DNA of 64,000 bases from an uncultured delta proteobacterium (GCA_963778115.1 CAVZSV010000004.1:2720001-2784000); one strand, 5' to 3'. Counted from the first letter of the stretch, positions 1 to 10,140 are shown. The notes: generated by a model from the sequence alone, not told the origin. A program made the numbers and translations.

Positions 1-2
1 CT

Positions 3-80
3 TTGGTGGATATCGGTATCTCGGAGGTTACTCTGGAAGAGGTAATCAATAGAATGTACTTGGAAGCTAGACTGGTATGA
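3..80 (+). CDS. C-terminal fragment, probably the ATP-binding subunit of an ABC transporter (partial, window edge)
   Basis: Open frame LVDIGISEVTLEEVINRMYLEARLV*; stop overlaps the ATG of the next permease (ATGA at 77-80). The xLEEV tail is typical of DrrA-like ATPases. Confidence 0.55.
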   Translation: MVDIGISEVTLEEVINRMYLEARLV

Positions 81-877
81 CAGCCGCAGAATCAGTCACA
101 GGATCGCTCCTTTTTCATGGAAAACATGCCTGGTTTAACATTAAGGAGCAGTTTTCCGATCTTGCTAGCGGGATCGTCGGCTTTTTGCTTTTTCCGTTTT
201 TGGTTTGGATCGTATCCAAAGTATGGGAGAGGTTTAACTCCTATCAGGGAAACTACACGATCCGCGAAGTAACGCTTTATATTGGGGTTGCCGAAATTCT
301 TTTTATGTCGTTTCTTCGTCCCTCGTCGATTTCCCGAGCGACTTCGGACTTCTCTTTGTCACTGGCGCGACCTCGGTCGTGGTTGGCGATGAGTTTTTCG
401 GGAATTTTCGGCCGTTGCTTAGGATCTCGCGTAGTGTATTTGACGATTTTTTTGATTCTAATTCCTCTACTGGGAGTTCCCTTTCCTCAAGTGTTGGGGG
501 CAGCCATACGGGTAACTTTGCTTTTTCCGATCTTAGGACTGGTCCAAGGGCTTATCGGCCTTCTTTTTGCTTCGGCTCAAGTGGTCTGGTTTGAAACCAG
601 CTATTTTGTCCTTCCCACGAGTAAAATGTTTTTGATCTTGGGAGGAGTATTAGGTCCTCTTATAGATTTTAGTGAACCGTGGAAATCGAGATTCATGGCA
701 GTTCCTTCTTCGGATCTCTTTTTTCAGCCGGCACATTTTTGTGTAAGGGGGGAGTTTTATGGAATGACCGTGGGAGCTTGGCTCTTGCGAATCGCGGTAT
801 TATCCGCTGCTTTGGGAATCGCTAACCTCGCGCTCTATTACTATGCGAGACGCCATCATCAGAGTTACGGGGGATAA
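77..877 (+). CDS. ABC-2 family transporter permease
   Basis: About 6 hydrophobic segments, L-x-R-P motif (LARP), C-terminal YGG; paired with a second permease. Confidence 0.75.
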   Translation: MTAAESVTGSLLFHGKHAWFNIKEQFSDLASGIVGFLLFPFLVWIVSKVWERFNSYQGNYTIREVTLYIGVAEILFMSFLRPSSISRATSDFSLSLARPRSWLAMSFSGIFGRCLGSRVVYLTIFLILIPLLGVPFPQVLGAAIRVTLLFPILGLVQGLIGLLFASAQVVWFETSYFVLPTSKMFLILGGVLGPLIDFSEPWKSRFMAVPSSDLFFQPAHFCVRGEFYGMTVGAWLLRIAVLSAALGIANLALYYYARRHHQSYGG

Positions 878-878
878 G

Positions 879-1661
879 ATGAGAGGCCGACTAATCCGAA
901 AAGCGCTGTTATATAATTGGGACGCGCATATCTCAAATCTGCCCAATCTTATTGCCGGCGCGCTCGGCATGATCATCAACAACACGATCCTGTTTGCGGG
1001 ACTTTGGGCGATGATATTTGCCGGGAAAGCTCGCAACGCGGAATTGTTACCGTACTTCATCGCTCTAAACGCGGTGGTTATGGTTTCATGGGGAGGGCTG
1101 AATTTCTGGTTCGGGGGACTAAGGTTATTAGGAGAGCTTATCACTGAGGGAAGGCTTGAGCCGATGCTTGCCACTCCCAGAAATCCCATTTTATTGGCCT
1201 CGATCTCGCGATCTCAACCTATCTCTCTGGGAGATGTCGTCATGGGGCTTGTAGTGATTGCCATTATGGCGTTTAAATTTAGCTTTCTAGTGGCCGTGAG
1301 AAGTCTTTTGGCCGCAGGAATTTCTACACTGGCTTTTGCAGCGCTCTACATCTTCTGCGGAGCGCTTACTTTCTTTATTCCCCGAGGCGATCGCATTGGC
1401 GAGTTATTAACCGAAGTGACGCTTTCGATGTCAGTCTACCCAATAGGAAAAATGTTTGGCGGTCCGGGCCATTTGTTTATTCTTTTGTCTCCGGCAGCAG
1501 TGACGGCAGTACTTCCTCTTGAATTCGTGGAACACTCAGGGCTATTGGCTTTTGCAATCGCTTTTTCCGTGGCTTCGATCTGCTTAGGACTATCGATGCT
1601 CTTCTTTCGACAAGGAATGAAGAGATACCAATCGGTGAGTTATGTGGGAGCGCAATTTTAG
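879..1661 (+). CDS. ABC-2 family transporter permease
   Basis: Multi-TM; 'ITEGRLEPMLATP' and 'YPIGKMF' motifs. ATG at 879 lies immediately after the upstream stop. Confidence 0.75.
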   Translation: MRGRLIRKALLYNWDAHISNLPNLIAGALGMIINNTILFAGLWAMIFAGKARNAELLPYFIALNAVVMVSWGGLNFWFGGLRLLGELITEGRLEPMLATPRNPILLASISRSQPISLGDVVMGLVVIAIMAFKFSFLVAVRSLLAAGISTLAFAALYIFCGALTFFIPRGDRIGELLTEVTLSMSVYPIGKMFGGPGHLFILLSPAAVTAVLPLEFVEHSGLLAFAIAFSVASICLGLSMLFFRQGMKRYQSVSYVGAQF

Positions 1662-1665
1662 AAAT

Positions 1666-2508
1666 CTAGGTCTTAAGAAGCATTGATAGTTGTGAAAGCG
1701 ACTGGATGACGAGCACTCCCTGCCTACGGGGCAGAGTCTTTTCATTTCGCTGAATCCAAATAGGCAGAAGACCGGCGTTTTGAGCCCCAACGACATCGAT
1801 TTCATGGAGATCTCCCACATAAGCCGCTTCACTCGGTTGAACTCCGAGTCGATCGCACGCTAAGTGAAAGATCTTGGGATTTGGCTTAGCAAACCCCACG
1901 TCTCCAGAGACGATGACGACTTCAAAATACTTTTCGAGGCCACATTGGGAGATCTTGGCCAGCTGTTGCTGACTCCAGCCGTTAGTTATCATTCCCATTT
2001 TCCGGCCCATTTTCCGGCCCATTTTCCGGCCCATTTTCCGGCCCATTTTCCGGTCCATTTTCCGGCCCATTTTCCGGTCCATTTTCCGGTCCATTTTCCG
2101 GTCCATTTTCCGGTCCATTTTCCGGTCTGGTTTCTGTTTTAGGGTTTCCAGACAGGCAATCGTGTCGGGATACAACTCCCAATGATCGGCATAGAGTTTT
2201 AAGAATTTATCCGAAATGGAAAGACAGTTCTCATCGGAAAGAGAGAGTCCCGTTGGCTCCCAGACTTGGCGGACCCTTAACACTCGCTGCTCGTCGTGAG
2301 AGAGTTCACCTCGAGTGTGTCTTGGATAGATCTCATGGTAAGCACGAAGCCAGGCCACATGAATGAGGGACTCCGTGGCATAGGGAATATGCAGTTCGAA
2401 ATGGGTTTTATAAATTTCGGTGGTAGCGCGCTCCACCGCTCGAGAGTGATTGAGGAGCGTGTCGTCCAAATCGAAAATTATCGCCTTTTTATTTGTCAGA
2501 TCGTTCAC
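1666..2508 (-). CDS. HAD-superfamily hydrolase (YjjG-like) with tandem-repeat insertion
   Basis: Motif I FDLDDTL, motif II ITNG, motif III KP, motif IV YVGD..D. GTG start at 2508 chosen to avoid overlap with the divergent gene. Confidence 0.85.
   Translation of the reverse strand: MNDLTNKKAIIFDLDDTLLNHSRAVERATTEIYKTHFELHIPYATESLIHVAWLRAYHEIYPRHTRGELSHDEQRVLRVRQVWEPTGLSLSDENCLSISDKFLKLYADHWELYPDTIACLETLKQKPDRKMDRKMDRKMDRKMDRKMGRKMDRKMGRKMGRKMGRKMGRKMGMITNGWSQQQLAKISQCGLEKYFEVVIVSGDVGFAKPNPKIFHLACDRLGVQPSEAAYVGDLHEIDVVGAQNAGLLPIWIQRNEKTLPRRQGVLVIQSLSQLSMLLKT
1994..2125. repeat. 11 tandem copies of 12-bp (C/T)CCATTTTCCGG, encoding (RKM[DG])11
   Basis: Counted directly: 6 C-variant and 5 T-variant units. 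Confidence 0.97.
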
Positions 2509-2563
2509 GGAAACTAAAGATACTGCGGTCTGGTGGCCTTTGAAAGAACAGGATAGAAAGAAA

Positions 2564-2992
2564 ATGGAACCGCGCATCAGTATCATTACTTTAGGGGTCA
2601 AAGATCTGGAGAGGTCGCTTCGTTTCTACCGTGATGGGCTAGGTTTTCCCACCACCCGCAAAACCTACGAAGGAATCATCTTTTTCAAAACGAAGGGGAC
2701 ATGCCTTGCCTTGTTTCCTTACCAAGCATTAGCCGAAGATATCTGTGAAACCTTTGTAGGACCGCGCTCAAAATTTCCGGGCATCACTCTAGCTCACAAT
2801 GTACGAACTCCCAAAGAGGTCGATGATTTTTTACTTCGGGCAGAGAAGGCCGGGGCCAAGATTGAAAAGAAAGCGAAGCAAACCTATTGGGGAGGTTACA
2901 GTGGTTACTTTTCCGATCCGGATGGCTTTTTATGGGAAATAGCGTGCGGTGCTTTTGAGTTCAGCGAAGATGGAAGTTTGATCATCACGTAA
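2564..2992 (+). CDS. VOC/glyoxalase family protein
   Basis: MEPRISIITLGVKDL..S..FY...LG; WGGYSGYFSDPDGFLWEI. Confidence 0.9.
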   Translation: MEPRISIITLGVKDLERSLRFYRDGLGFPTTRKTYEGIIFFKTKGTCLALFPYQALAEDICETFVGPRSKFPGITLAHNVRTPKEVDDFLLRAEKAGAKIEKKAKQTYWGGYSGYFSDPDGFLWEIACGAFEFSEDGSLIIT

Positions 2993-3012
2993 TAGGGCTT
3001 AGCGAATCTTAA

Positions 3013-3663
3013 CTAGGGGAGCTCCAAGATGGCTTTCTTCTCGGCGATATATTCCGATAACTCGCTAGGGATCCATGGATTTCTAATCTCTGCGAGAAGA
3101 ACCATATCCGCCGAAAGCTTTTCAACCGGTTGGTAGTACGAGGGCTGAACAGGAAAGTTGGCGATCTCGCTAAGATTACGAGAGACGACGATTAACGAGT
3201 AACGCCCCCGGTTCAAATACCTGGAGGAAAAAGGGGCCCCGCGCCCAAAAGGGTAAATGACCGGATGCAAAACCATTCGTTCTCCGGTTTGACTCAAGAT
3301 TATCGCCGTAATCGAAACCTCTTCGAAACCCCGCCAACTTTCATTCGTAACCAGATTTTTCATCTCAACAGCCCGAGTAGAGTTATCGGAAAACAGGGGG
3401 AACCCTAAATTTCTGCGTCCGCTAAGGATTTGGGAAGTGGGTGAGATGACCATTAGTTCGACGACAGAGCCGGAAAAGGGTTCGTCAAAAGTCTTCCAAA
3501 GGGACGGGTATTCGTAATGATAGGGAAAGGCCCTGGCGAGAAACGTTTTGCAGGCACGGGTTCTCAAGCGTTCCACCCTCTTAAATTGGGCAGCCGTGGC
3601 AGGAAGGGTGAAAAATATCGCTAGAAGCAAGAGCCCTTTAATTTTCGGTACGAAGTGATTCAT
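3013..3663 (-). CDS. Hypothetical secreted protein
   Basis: 216-aa ORF with a signal-peptide-like N-terminus (..LLLLAIFFTLPATAA). Confidence 0.6.
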   Translation of the reverse strand: MNHFVPKIKGLLLLAIFFTLPATAAQFKRVERLRTRACKTFLARAFPYHYEYPSLWKTFDEPFSGSVVELMVISPTSQILSGRRNLGFPLFSDNSTRAVEMKNLVTNESWRGFEEVSITAIILSQTGERMVLHPVIYPFGRGAPFSSRYLNRGRYSLIVVSRNLSEIANFPVQPSYYQPVEKLSADMVLLAEIRNPWIPSELSEYIAEKKAILELP

Positions 3664-3831
3664 GCAAAAAAAATCATAATTTTAGATCGAGCTAAAGTTT
3701 GTATGGTGCGGCGCGTCTCTTTGTCAAGGTGGGAGCCTGCCACCAGGGAAGTCGGACTAAAAACTACCACGTCCGAAAATGGCCAGTGAGGCCTTGAACC
3801 CTGTGCTAGAACACTACACAGGGGTACCCCT

Positions 3832-5292
3832 ATGAGTGAAAAAGACGCCGTTAATGACATTTATTATAAGGCCCTCACCTCCAAAGATCGCCGGTTCGAC
3901 GGTCGTGTTTTCTTTGGGGTGCGGACTACGGGGATTTACTGTCGCCCGGTCTGTCCCGCTAAGATTCCCTTACGAAAAAACGTCACGTTTCATCTCACGG
4001 CGGCTTCCGCCGAAGAGGCGGGCTATCGCCCCTGCCTGCGCTGCCGCCCGGAAACCAGTCCCAATACACCCAGCTGGGGAGGAACCTCCGCTACGATCTC
4101 TCGAGCCTTACGTCTAATCCATTCTGGTCAGGAGGGAGACGAAGGGGTAAAGGGACTGGCGAATCAACTGGGTATTGGAGAACGCCACCTTCGCCGACTC
4201 TTCTTGGAGCACTTGGGAGCTTCTCCCACCACTGTGATACAGGTGAGGCGGCTGAATTTTGCCAGACGGCTTATTGATGAAACTGAGCTTTCGATGTCGG
4301 AAGTAGCCTTTGCTTCGGGCTTTGAGTCGATCCGAAGATTTAATGACGCTTTTAAGAACCGGTTTAGGCGATCTCCTTCTCAAGCGCGCAAAGGGATTTT
4401 GAGAAAAGCCGAAAAGGGGTCGGAACTTACTTTGAAGCTTGCCTATCGTCCTCCTTTTGAATGGCACTCACTGCTAACCTTCTTAGCAGCAAGAGCCGTT
4501 ACGGGAGTGGAGTGCGTTACGGATGGCTGCTATTTGAGAACCATCCAAATAGAAGACGTGCCGGGATGGATTCGAATCAAAGCGGATCTCGATGCCCATA
4601 GCATCCTTCTTACTATCCATCCGCCTCGAGTGAATGGTCTTATTGAGATTATACATAGAGTGACGAGTCTTCTCGATCTCGACGCGGATCCTCTTGCGAT
4701 TGCACGAGCACTCTCTGGAGGCGGGTTTTTGAAAGGGGAGCTTAGAGAATATCCGGGCCTTCGGGTTCCAGGTAGCTGGGACCCCTTTGAAATCGCCGTA
4801 CGCGCTATTGTAGGACAGCAAATAAGCATCGCGGGAGCTCGAACCATCTTAGGGCGTTTGGTCGAGCGGTTTGGAGTTCCCGTCAAATGCGAGATTCCCG
4901 GTCTAAGATATCTCTTTCCAACGGCTAACGTTTTGTTGCGAGGAAATTTTAATGATATTGGTCTAACCCCCAAGAGAGTCCAGACCATTCGTATCTTGGC
5001 GAAACAGGTGAGCCAAGGAAGATTGTCGTTAAACAGTCTGTCCGATCCACTGGCTACACGAGAACAGTTGATGGCCATTTCAGGTATTGGTCGTTGGACC
5101 GCCGAATATATCGCGATGAGGGCACTGAGAGATCCCGATGCTTTTCCTGGATCGGACCTGGTGATTCGTCGTGAGTTAGCAAAAAGAGAGTTGAAAGAGG
5201 CTCCCGATCACTGGAGGCCTTGGCGATCTTACGGAGCGCTCTACTTATGGAAGGCTGCTTCTGGAAACCCTAAGAGGAGAATCAACCGATGA
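3832..5292 (+). CDS. alkA: Ada-type regulator / DNA-3-methyladenine glycosylase II fusion
   Basis: Ada Zn site (GIYCRPVC...RPCLRC), AraC HTH, AlkA-N (LAYRPPF.W), HhH (GIGRWTAEY, DAFP..D, WRPWRSY). Confidence 0.92.
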   Translation: MSEKDAVNDIYYKALTSKDRRFDGRVFFGVRTTGIYCRPVCPAKIPLRKNVTFHLTAASAEEAGYRPCLRCRPETSPNTPSWGGTSATISRALRLIHSGQEGDEGVKGLANQLGIGERHLRRLFLEHLGASPTTVIQVRRLNFARRLIDETELSMSEVAFASGFESIRRFNDAFKNRFRRSPSQARKGILRKAEKGSELTLKLAYRPPFEWHSLLTFLAARAVTGVECVTDGCYLRTIQIEDVPGWIRIKADLDAHSILLTIHPPRVNGLIEIIHRVTSLLDLDADPLAIARALSGGGFLKGELREYPGLRVPGSWDPFEIAVRAIVGQQISIAGARTILGRLVERFGVPVKCEIPGLRYLFPTANVLLRGNFNDIGLTPKRVQTIRILAKQVSQGRLSLNSLSDPLATREQLMAISGIGRWTAEYIAMRALRDPDAFPGSDLVIRRELAKRELKEAPDHWRPWRSYGALYLWKAASGNPKRRINR

Positions 5293-5840
5293 AATTAACC
5301 CTTTGTTCCCTTTACCATTATAAAAAGATTCGAACCCCGGTTGGAGAGCTCACCATAGTAGCGGGAGATCGAGGAGTTTCAGCACTCCTCTGGGAAGATG
5401 ATTCCGGGGAACGTGTCCCTCTTCCCAAGAACTTGGAGCTAAGTAATTCCTACGCATTACTAACGGATGCCGAACGCCAGCTTCACGAATATTTTCTTGG
5501 AAAAAGAAGGCAGTTCGATATTCCTTTGGCGGCCGAAGGGACCGTTTTTCAAAAACGGGTCTGGAAGCTACTTGCTCAAATTCCCTATGGCGAGACAAGT
5601 CACTATCAAGCAATTGCGGAAAAGCTCGGAGATCCCAGAAAGGCACGGCCCGTCGGTGCCGCCAACGGCAATAATCCTATCTCCATCATTGTCCCCTGCC
5701 ACCGTGTGATAGGAAAAGACGGAAGTCTTTTCGGCTTTGCAGGAGGACTGAAGATAAAACGCAGATTATTAGATCTCGAGAGACAGTCTATTTCGGAAGG
5801 TTTCGGCGGGTTGCCCGACCGAGAAGCGCATGCTACATGA
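5289..5840 (+). CDS. ogt: Methylated-DNA--protein-cysteine methyltransferase
   Basis: GTVFQKRVW, IPYGET, active-site PCHRV; coupled to the upstream gene by a 4-bp overlap. Confidence 0.93.
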   Translation: MKLTLCSLYHYKKIRTPVGELTIVAGDRGVSALLWEDDSGERVPLPKNLELSNSYALLTDAERQLHEYFLGKRRQFDIPLAAEGTVFQKRVWKLLAQIPYGETSHYQAIAEKLGDPRKARPVGAANGNNPISIIVPCHRVIGKDGSLFGFAGGLKIKRRLLDLERQSISEGFGGLPDREAHAT

Positions 5841-5864
5841 TGAACCTCTTAGCGAGGTAACCCC

Positions 5865-7985
5865 ATGCTTGTGGCTCGACTCTTTTTGTCCTTACTCATT
5901 GTCTCATTACTTACGAACGCTTTAGCCGATGAAGTTCCCTACAAACCGTCTTTGAAAGATAAGTATGAATGGCTCGTTCCCCTTAAGGACAAAAAGGCTT
6001 TGGAATGGGTAAATGAGCAAAACAAGAAAGTAGAAAAGACGTTTTTTAGCGATCCCAGCTTTCCCATCTTTAAGAAAGAGGTTTTCGAAGTGGTGAGCTC
6101 CGGGGACGAGATCAATCCTGGCGCTCTTCGAGGGGATGGTTTTCTTTATAATATCGATAAGAGCAAAGATCGAAAGTTCGGCCTTTGGAGAAGAATTCGT
6201 TTCGATTCTCTGGTGGCCAACGACAAATCCAAGTGGGAACCCCTGCTGGATCTGGACAAGCTTTCCAAAGAAGAGGGACAGGTTTGGACCTTTAAGCGTG
6301 CGGTTTGCCTTGAGCCCAAGTACACGCGCTGTCTATTGCTATTATCTCTAGCGGGAGCGGATGTGGCAGAGCTTCGGGAATTTGATTTAACCCAGAACAA
6401 GTTTGTCCCCGATGGATTTCATTATAAGGCCGCGAATACTCAAGTCCTGTGGTTCGACGTGGATCATATCCTTATTGCCTCTGATTTTGGCGAGGGTACT
6501 GTCACGAATGGGGGCTGGCCCTTGCAGGCAAAGTTATGGAAGCGTGGCGACTCGATTGATAAGGCAAAATTAGTCTATGACTCGAAAGTAAAGGGCACTA
6601 CCGGTTTCGGGTTTCCCGACTTTGGAGAGTCAATGGCTGATGCGCCGTTCGCGGGCGAGTGGGTGTCTTTTCGCGATGTCGTCTACTATCTTTTTAAGAA
6701 CGGATCCTATTCCCTTAAACTAGATCTGCCTCTGGATTGTGAAATCCGTAATGTTAAAGACGGAGTTGCCTTTCTCACTTTGCTGAGCGACTGGGAAACC
6801 CGCGGAAAGAAGTTTGCGAGGGGAAGCATCTTAACGTTAAATCTCAGAGAGGTTCTTGCTAACAAAAATCCTCTTCCGGAGCTTTTCTATCTTCCTAAGC
6901 CAAAGGAAGTGATTCTCACTGTCGACGTCACCAAAAAATATATTTGGGTGGAAACGCTAACGGACGTAGTCGCCCGGTGGCTTCGCTTTGAAAAAAAAGG
7001 AAAAGTCTGGAAGTCTCAGTTGGTGAAACTACCCGACGGGGGAACTATCGAGCCAATAGGGATCGCTCGAAACTCCGACCAACTTATTTTAGGTTACGAG
7101 AGTTTCCTGGTTCCCGATACCTATTACGCAATTCAACACGGCGAATTGACTGCGAAGCGCTTTCATTCCGTTAAAGAGGATTTCAGCGCAAAGGAAATGG
7201 TGGTGGAACGGCAGTGGACGAAGAGTCAAGATGGAACGGAAGTTCCGTATTTTCTCATCCATAAAAAAAATATGAAGTGGGATGGGAGCACTCCGACTCT
7301 GCTATGGGGATATGGGGCCGGAAATATCAGCTACTCGCCTTTTTATCTGGGGGCGGTAGGAAAGGCCTGGATCCAACGGGGAGGGGCTTACGCTACCGCC
7401 ATACTTCGCGGAGGGGGTGAATTAGGCCCAGATTGGCGAAAAGGTGGTTACCAAGAAAATAAGCCCAATACATTCGCCGATTTCATTGCCGTAGCCGAAG
7501 ATCTCGAGCGAAGGAAAGTGACCAGCCCGAAGCATCTGGGAATTTACGGAGGCAGCTGGGGAGGGTTACTCGTTAGTGCTGCCTTTATAAAAAGGCCCGA
7601 ACTCTTTGGAGCGGTAATGCCCGAAGTCCCAATGGAGGATATGCTCAATTACACGCTTTTTCGAAGTGGTTGGGCCGGAGAATTTGGAGACCCGGAAAAC
7701 CCTAAGTACACCGGAGTGCTTCGTAGTTATTCGCCCTATCACAATGTAACAGAGGGAGTGAAATACCCGCCCGTGTTTATTACTAGCGCTCTCAATGATG
7801 ATCGCATGCATCCCGCACATCCGCGTCGCATGGTAGCCAAGATGTTAGATCAGGGCCATACGGTTTATTATTGGGAAGCGCAAAACGGAGGACATAATGG
7901 CGCCGCTGATAATGAAGACTTGGCGGTGATGCGAGCCCTTAGGTATGTTTTCTTTTCCCGGACTCTGGGGCTACCCGTTCCTTAA
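5865..7985 (+). CDS. Secreted prolyl oligopeptidase (S9A)
   Basis: Signal peptide; S.DGTEVPYF, RGGGELG; catalytic GGSWGG, DDRMHP and GGH. Confidence 0.9.
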   Translation: MLVARLFLSLLIVSLLTNALADEVPYKPSLKDKYEWLVPLKDKKALEWVNEQNKKVEKTFFSDPSFPIFKKEVFEVVSSGDEINPGALRGDGFLYNIDKSKDRKFGLWRRIRFDSLVANDKSKWEPLLDLDKLSKEEGQVWTFKRAVCLEPKYTRCLLLLSLAGADVAELREFDLTQNKFVPDGFHYKAANTQVLWFDVDHILIASDFGEGTVTNGGWPLQAKLWKRGDSIDKAKLVYDSKVKGTTGFGFPDFGESMADAPFAGEWVSFRDVVYYLFKNGSYSLKLDLPLDCEIRNVKDGVAFLTLLSDWETRGKKFARGSILTLNLREVLANKNPLPELFYLPKPKEVILTVDVTKKYIWVETLTDVVARWLRFEKKGKVWKSQLVKLPDGGTIEPIGIARNSDQLILGYESFLVPDTYYAIQHGELTAKRFHSVKEDFSAKEMVVERQWTKSQDGTEVPYFLIHKKNMKWDGSTPTLLWGYGAGNISYSPFYLGAVGKAWIQRGGAYATAILRGGGELGPDWRKGGYQENKPNTFADFIAVAEDLERRKVTSPKHLGIYGGSWGGLLVSAAFIKRPELFGAVMPEVPMEDMLNYTLFRSGWAGEFGDPENPKYTGVLRSYSPYHNVTEGVKYPPVFITSALNDDRMHPAHPRRMVAKMLDQGHTVYYWEAQNGGHNGAADNEDLAVMRALRYVFFSRTLGLPVP

Positions 7986-8523
7986 GCAAGCTTTCTCGAA
8001 CCTGAGGCCATTGACTGACTTTTAGATCATAACGAACAGATCCCCCTGGAGTGAAGCCGCTAACAGGAACGATGTGGTGCTTGAGAAAGAAACCTTTCAT
8101 GCGGTTATTGTGAACGCTGGTCGTAAAGTAAACCTTGGTGAACTTCAAAACTTGGAATCCATGTTCCAGACAGAGCAAATGGCATTCCGTGGAGATCTTT
8201 TTCCCCCAGGTACTCTTATCTAAGATAATTCCGAACTCAGCCTGTTTTTTTGAGTAATCGATATTTTTGAAGCCGCAACTTCCCACCACTTCATTAGTGG
8301 CGTTAAGAAGAACCGCGTAGCTGAGTCCCGTTCCTTCTTGTCGATTTTTGAATATAGTTTCGTAGCGCTTTTCGACGTCTTTTTCGCTCCAGGTGTCGGT
8401 CTTAAAATAATCAACCAAAGCCTGCATGGTTATTTTGTCGTTAAGTATTTTACCTAACGCAGGGTAGTCCTTCTTTTCAGGGGGGCGAAGCGAGATTAAG
8501 CTGCCAGGTAGCCAATTTTCCAT
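7939..8523 (-). CDS. GNAT acetyltransferase (RimJ/RimL-like)
   Basis: VVGSCGF, AEFGIIL...WGK motifs. Confidence 0.8.
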   Translation of the reverse strand: MENWLPGSLISLRPPEKKDYPALGKILNDKITMQALVDYFKTDTWSEKDVEKRYETIFKNRQEGTGLSYAVLLNATNEVVGSCGFKNIDYSKKQAEFGIILDKSTWGKKISTECHLLCLEHGFQVLKFTKVYFTTSVHNNRMKGFFLKHHIVPVSGFTPGGSVRYDLKVSQWPQVRESLLKERVAPESGKRKHT

Positions 8524-8597
8524 GGCCCTCGTCTAACATAAAAAAATAAACGAAAACAGGGATTATGCTATAAATATAAAAGTTTTTAAGGGGATTC

Positions 8598-9248
8598 ATG
8601 AATAGGCCAAAATACGTCATTTTCGATTGCGACGGAGTCCTCGTCGACAGCGAGATTATCGCCAATAGAATAGAAGCTGAGGTAAAGACCGAGCTTGGGT
8701 TTCCCACGACGGTGGAAGAGCAGATAAGGACTTTTGTTGGCATGGGAATGAACCATCCCGTCATGCAACAGGAACTAAAGCGTTTGCCCAGTAATTATTG
8801 GAGCATGGTCGATGAGCGAATTCGCAAATCCTATCCCACGGAATTAAAGGCCATCGCCGGAGTTTTGGAAGTGGTTCAAAAGCTTAAGCTCCCCAAATGT
8901 GTCGCATCTAGTAGTGAGCCCGACTGGCTCGAAATAAAACTTAGACTTACCGGACTAGAACCCTATTTTTTGGGTGCTACCTTCCATGGGCAGTTAGTAA
9001 AGAGGAGTAAACCGGAACCTGACATTTTTCTCCATGCCATTGAGACCATGGGATGGACCGCCCAGGACTGTTTGGTCATCGAGGACAGTGAACTTGGAGT
9101 CAAAGCGGGGCGGGCGGCTGGGGCTTTGGTCTGCGGCTTTTTAGGTGGCGCTCATATTCAAAAGGGTCACGCCGATAAGCTCTTGAATGCGGGCGCGGAT
9201 TTTGTGGTTTCCGATATTACGAAATTACTTAGATTGGTGCATTCATAA
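8598..9248 (+). CDS. HAD family phosphatase (beta-PGM/YieH-like)
   Basis: FDCDGVLVDSE, VASSS, KPEPDIF, VIEDS..GV.AG. Confidence 0.9.
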   Translation: MNRPKYVIFDCDGVLVDSEIIANRIEAEVKTELGFPTTVEEQIRTFVGMGMNHPVMQQELKRLPSNYWSMVDERIRKSYPTELKAIAGVLEVVQKLKLPKCVASSSEPDWLEIKLRLTGLEPYFLGATFHGQLVKRSKPEPDIFLHAIETMGWTAQDCLVIEDSELGVKAGRAAGALVCGFLGGAHIQKGHADKLLNAGADFVVSDITKLLRLVHS

Positions 9249-9251
9249 GGA

Positions 9252-9737
9252 ATGAGTTCAATGGTTCAACTCCTGCCGATGTCCCAGAGGGACTTCGATC
9301 TTTATTTTGAGACGGCGATTGATTTTCTGGCGACTGAGCTTTCCAAAGCACGGGATTTATCTCTAGACGATGGCCGCAAAGCCGCCGAGGCCTCTTTCAA
9401 AGGACTTTTTCCTGAAGGGCAGGTCGATTCCCAAGATCAATATGTCTTTCACGTCATGGCAGAAGGAAAAAAGGTGGGTTTGGTTCACTTTGGCATCAAA
9501 AGGGATAAAAAAGATCCTTATCTCTATCTTTGGGATATCGTCATCGATTCTGAATATCGGGGAAAGGGCTATGGAAAGTCCACAATGGCAGCATTGGAAA
9601 ATGTAGGGCGAAAGCTTGGCATTAGCAAAATTCGGCTGAATGTTTTTGGGCACAATGCACCTGCAATTGCCCTCTATGAGGCGATGGGGTATCGGCCTGA
9701 GTCTTTGGCCATGATGAAAGGTCTATCCGGCGGTTGA
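9252..9737 (+). CDS. GNAT acetyltransferase
   Basis: YRGKGYG acetyl-CoA motif; LNVFGHN..A..LY..MGY. Confidence 0.88.
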   Translation: MSSMVQLLPMSQRDFDLYFETAIDFLATELSKARDLSLDDGRKAAEASFKGLFPEGQVDSQDQYVFHVMAEGKKVGLVHFGIKRDKKDPYLYLWDIVIDSEYRGKGYGKSTMAALENVGRKLGISKIRLNVFGHNAPAIALYEAMGYRPESLAMMKGLSGG

Positions 9738-10043
9738 ACAAAATTTTTGCGCTTCCACACCGACGAATTTTCGACCGGGATTTTCTCCCTTAACCCACTC
9801 CTGAGGATCAAAGAGATCGAAAAGGCCTAATTTAAACAGCGTCGGAACGGCTAGCCGTAATTCCTCTTCTACGCGGCCACGCTCTCCGCGATTATAGAGC
9901 GTAATATTGTGAAGCATGGTACCTACGGTTCCGGTCTGTATTTTGGAACCATCTTTGAGCTTCACCACGGGTAAGCTCTCTCCGTCAGCGATAATCTTCT
10001 TGTTAATCTGGGATAACTCTTCGGTATTTTGAACTTGGCTCAT
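9723..10043 (-). CDS. Conserved-looking hypothetical protein
   Basis: 106-aa ATG ORF (L.DG..IQTGTV..ML.NI; GLFDLF.P.EW). Confidence 0.65.
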   Translation of the reverse strand: MSQVQNTEELSQINKKIIADGESLPVVKLKDGSKIQTGTVGTMLHNITLYNRGERGRVEEELRLAVPTLFKLGLFDLFDPQEWVKGENPGRKFVGVEAQKFCSTAG

Positions 10044-10082
10044 GGCGGTCTCGTATCACAACTGCCTAGAGCGAGGGAAATG

Positions 10083-10129
10083 AAAAAACACCCAGCCTTC
10101 CCCAAAAATACTCCGGTGAAGACTGGGTG
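10083..10129 (-). terminator. Rho-independent terminator downstream of the 10141-10599 gene
   Basis: CACCCAGCCTTC...GAAGACTGGGTG stem with an A6 run on + (U-tract on -). Confidence 0.65.
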
Positions 10130-10140
10130 AAATTGAAGGA

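Noticed and set aside
1994..2125. Possible CRISPR array
   Set aside because: Contiguous 12-bp units with no spacers and no cas genes.
1864..2182. ORFs with (PAHF/PVHF)n and (ENGP)n repeats
   Set aside because: Alternative-frame shadows of the 12-bp repeat inside the HAD gene.
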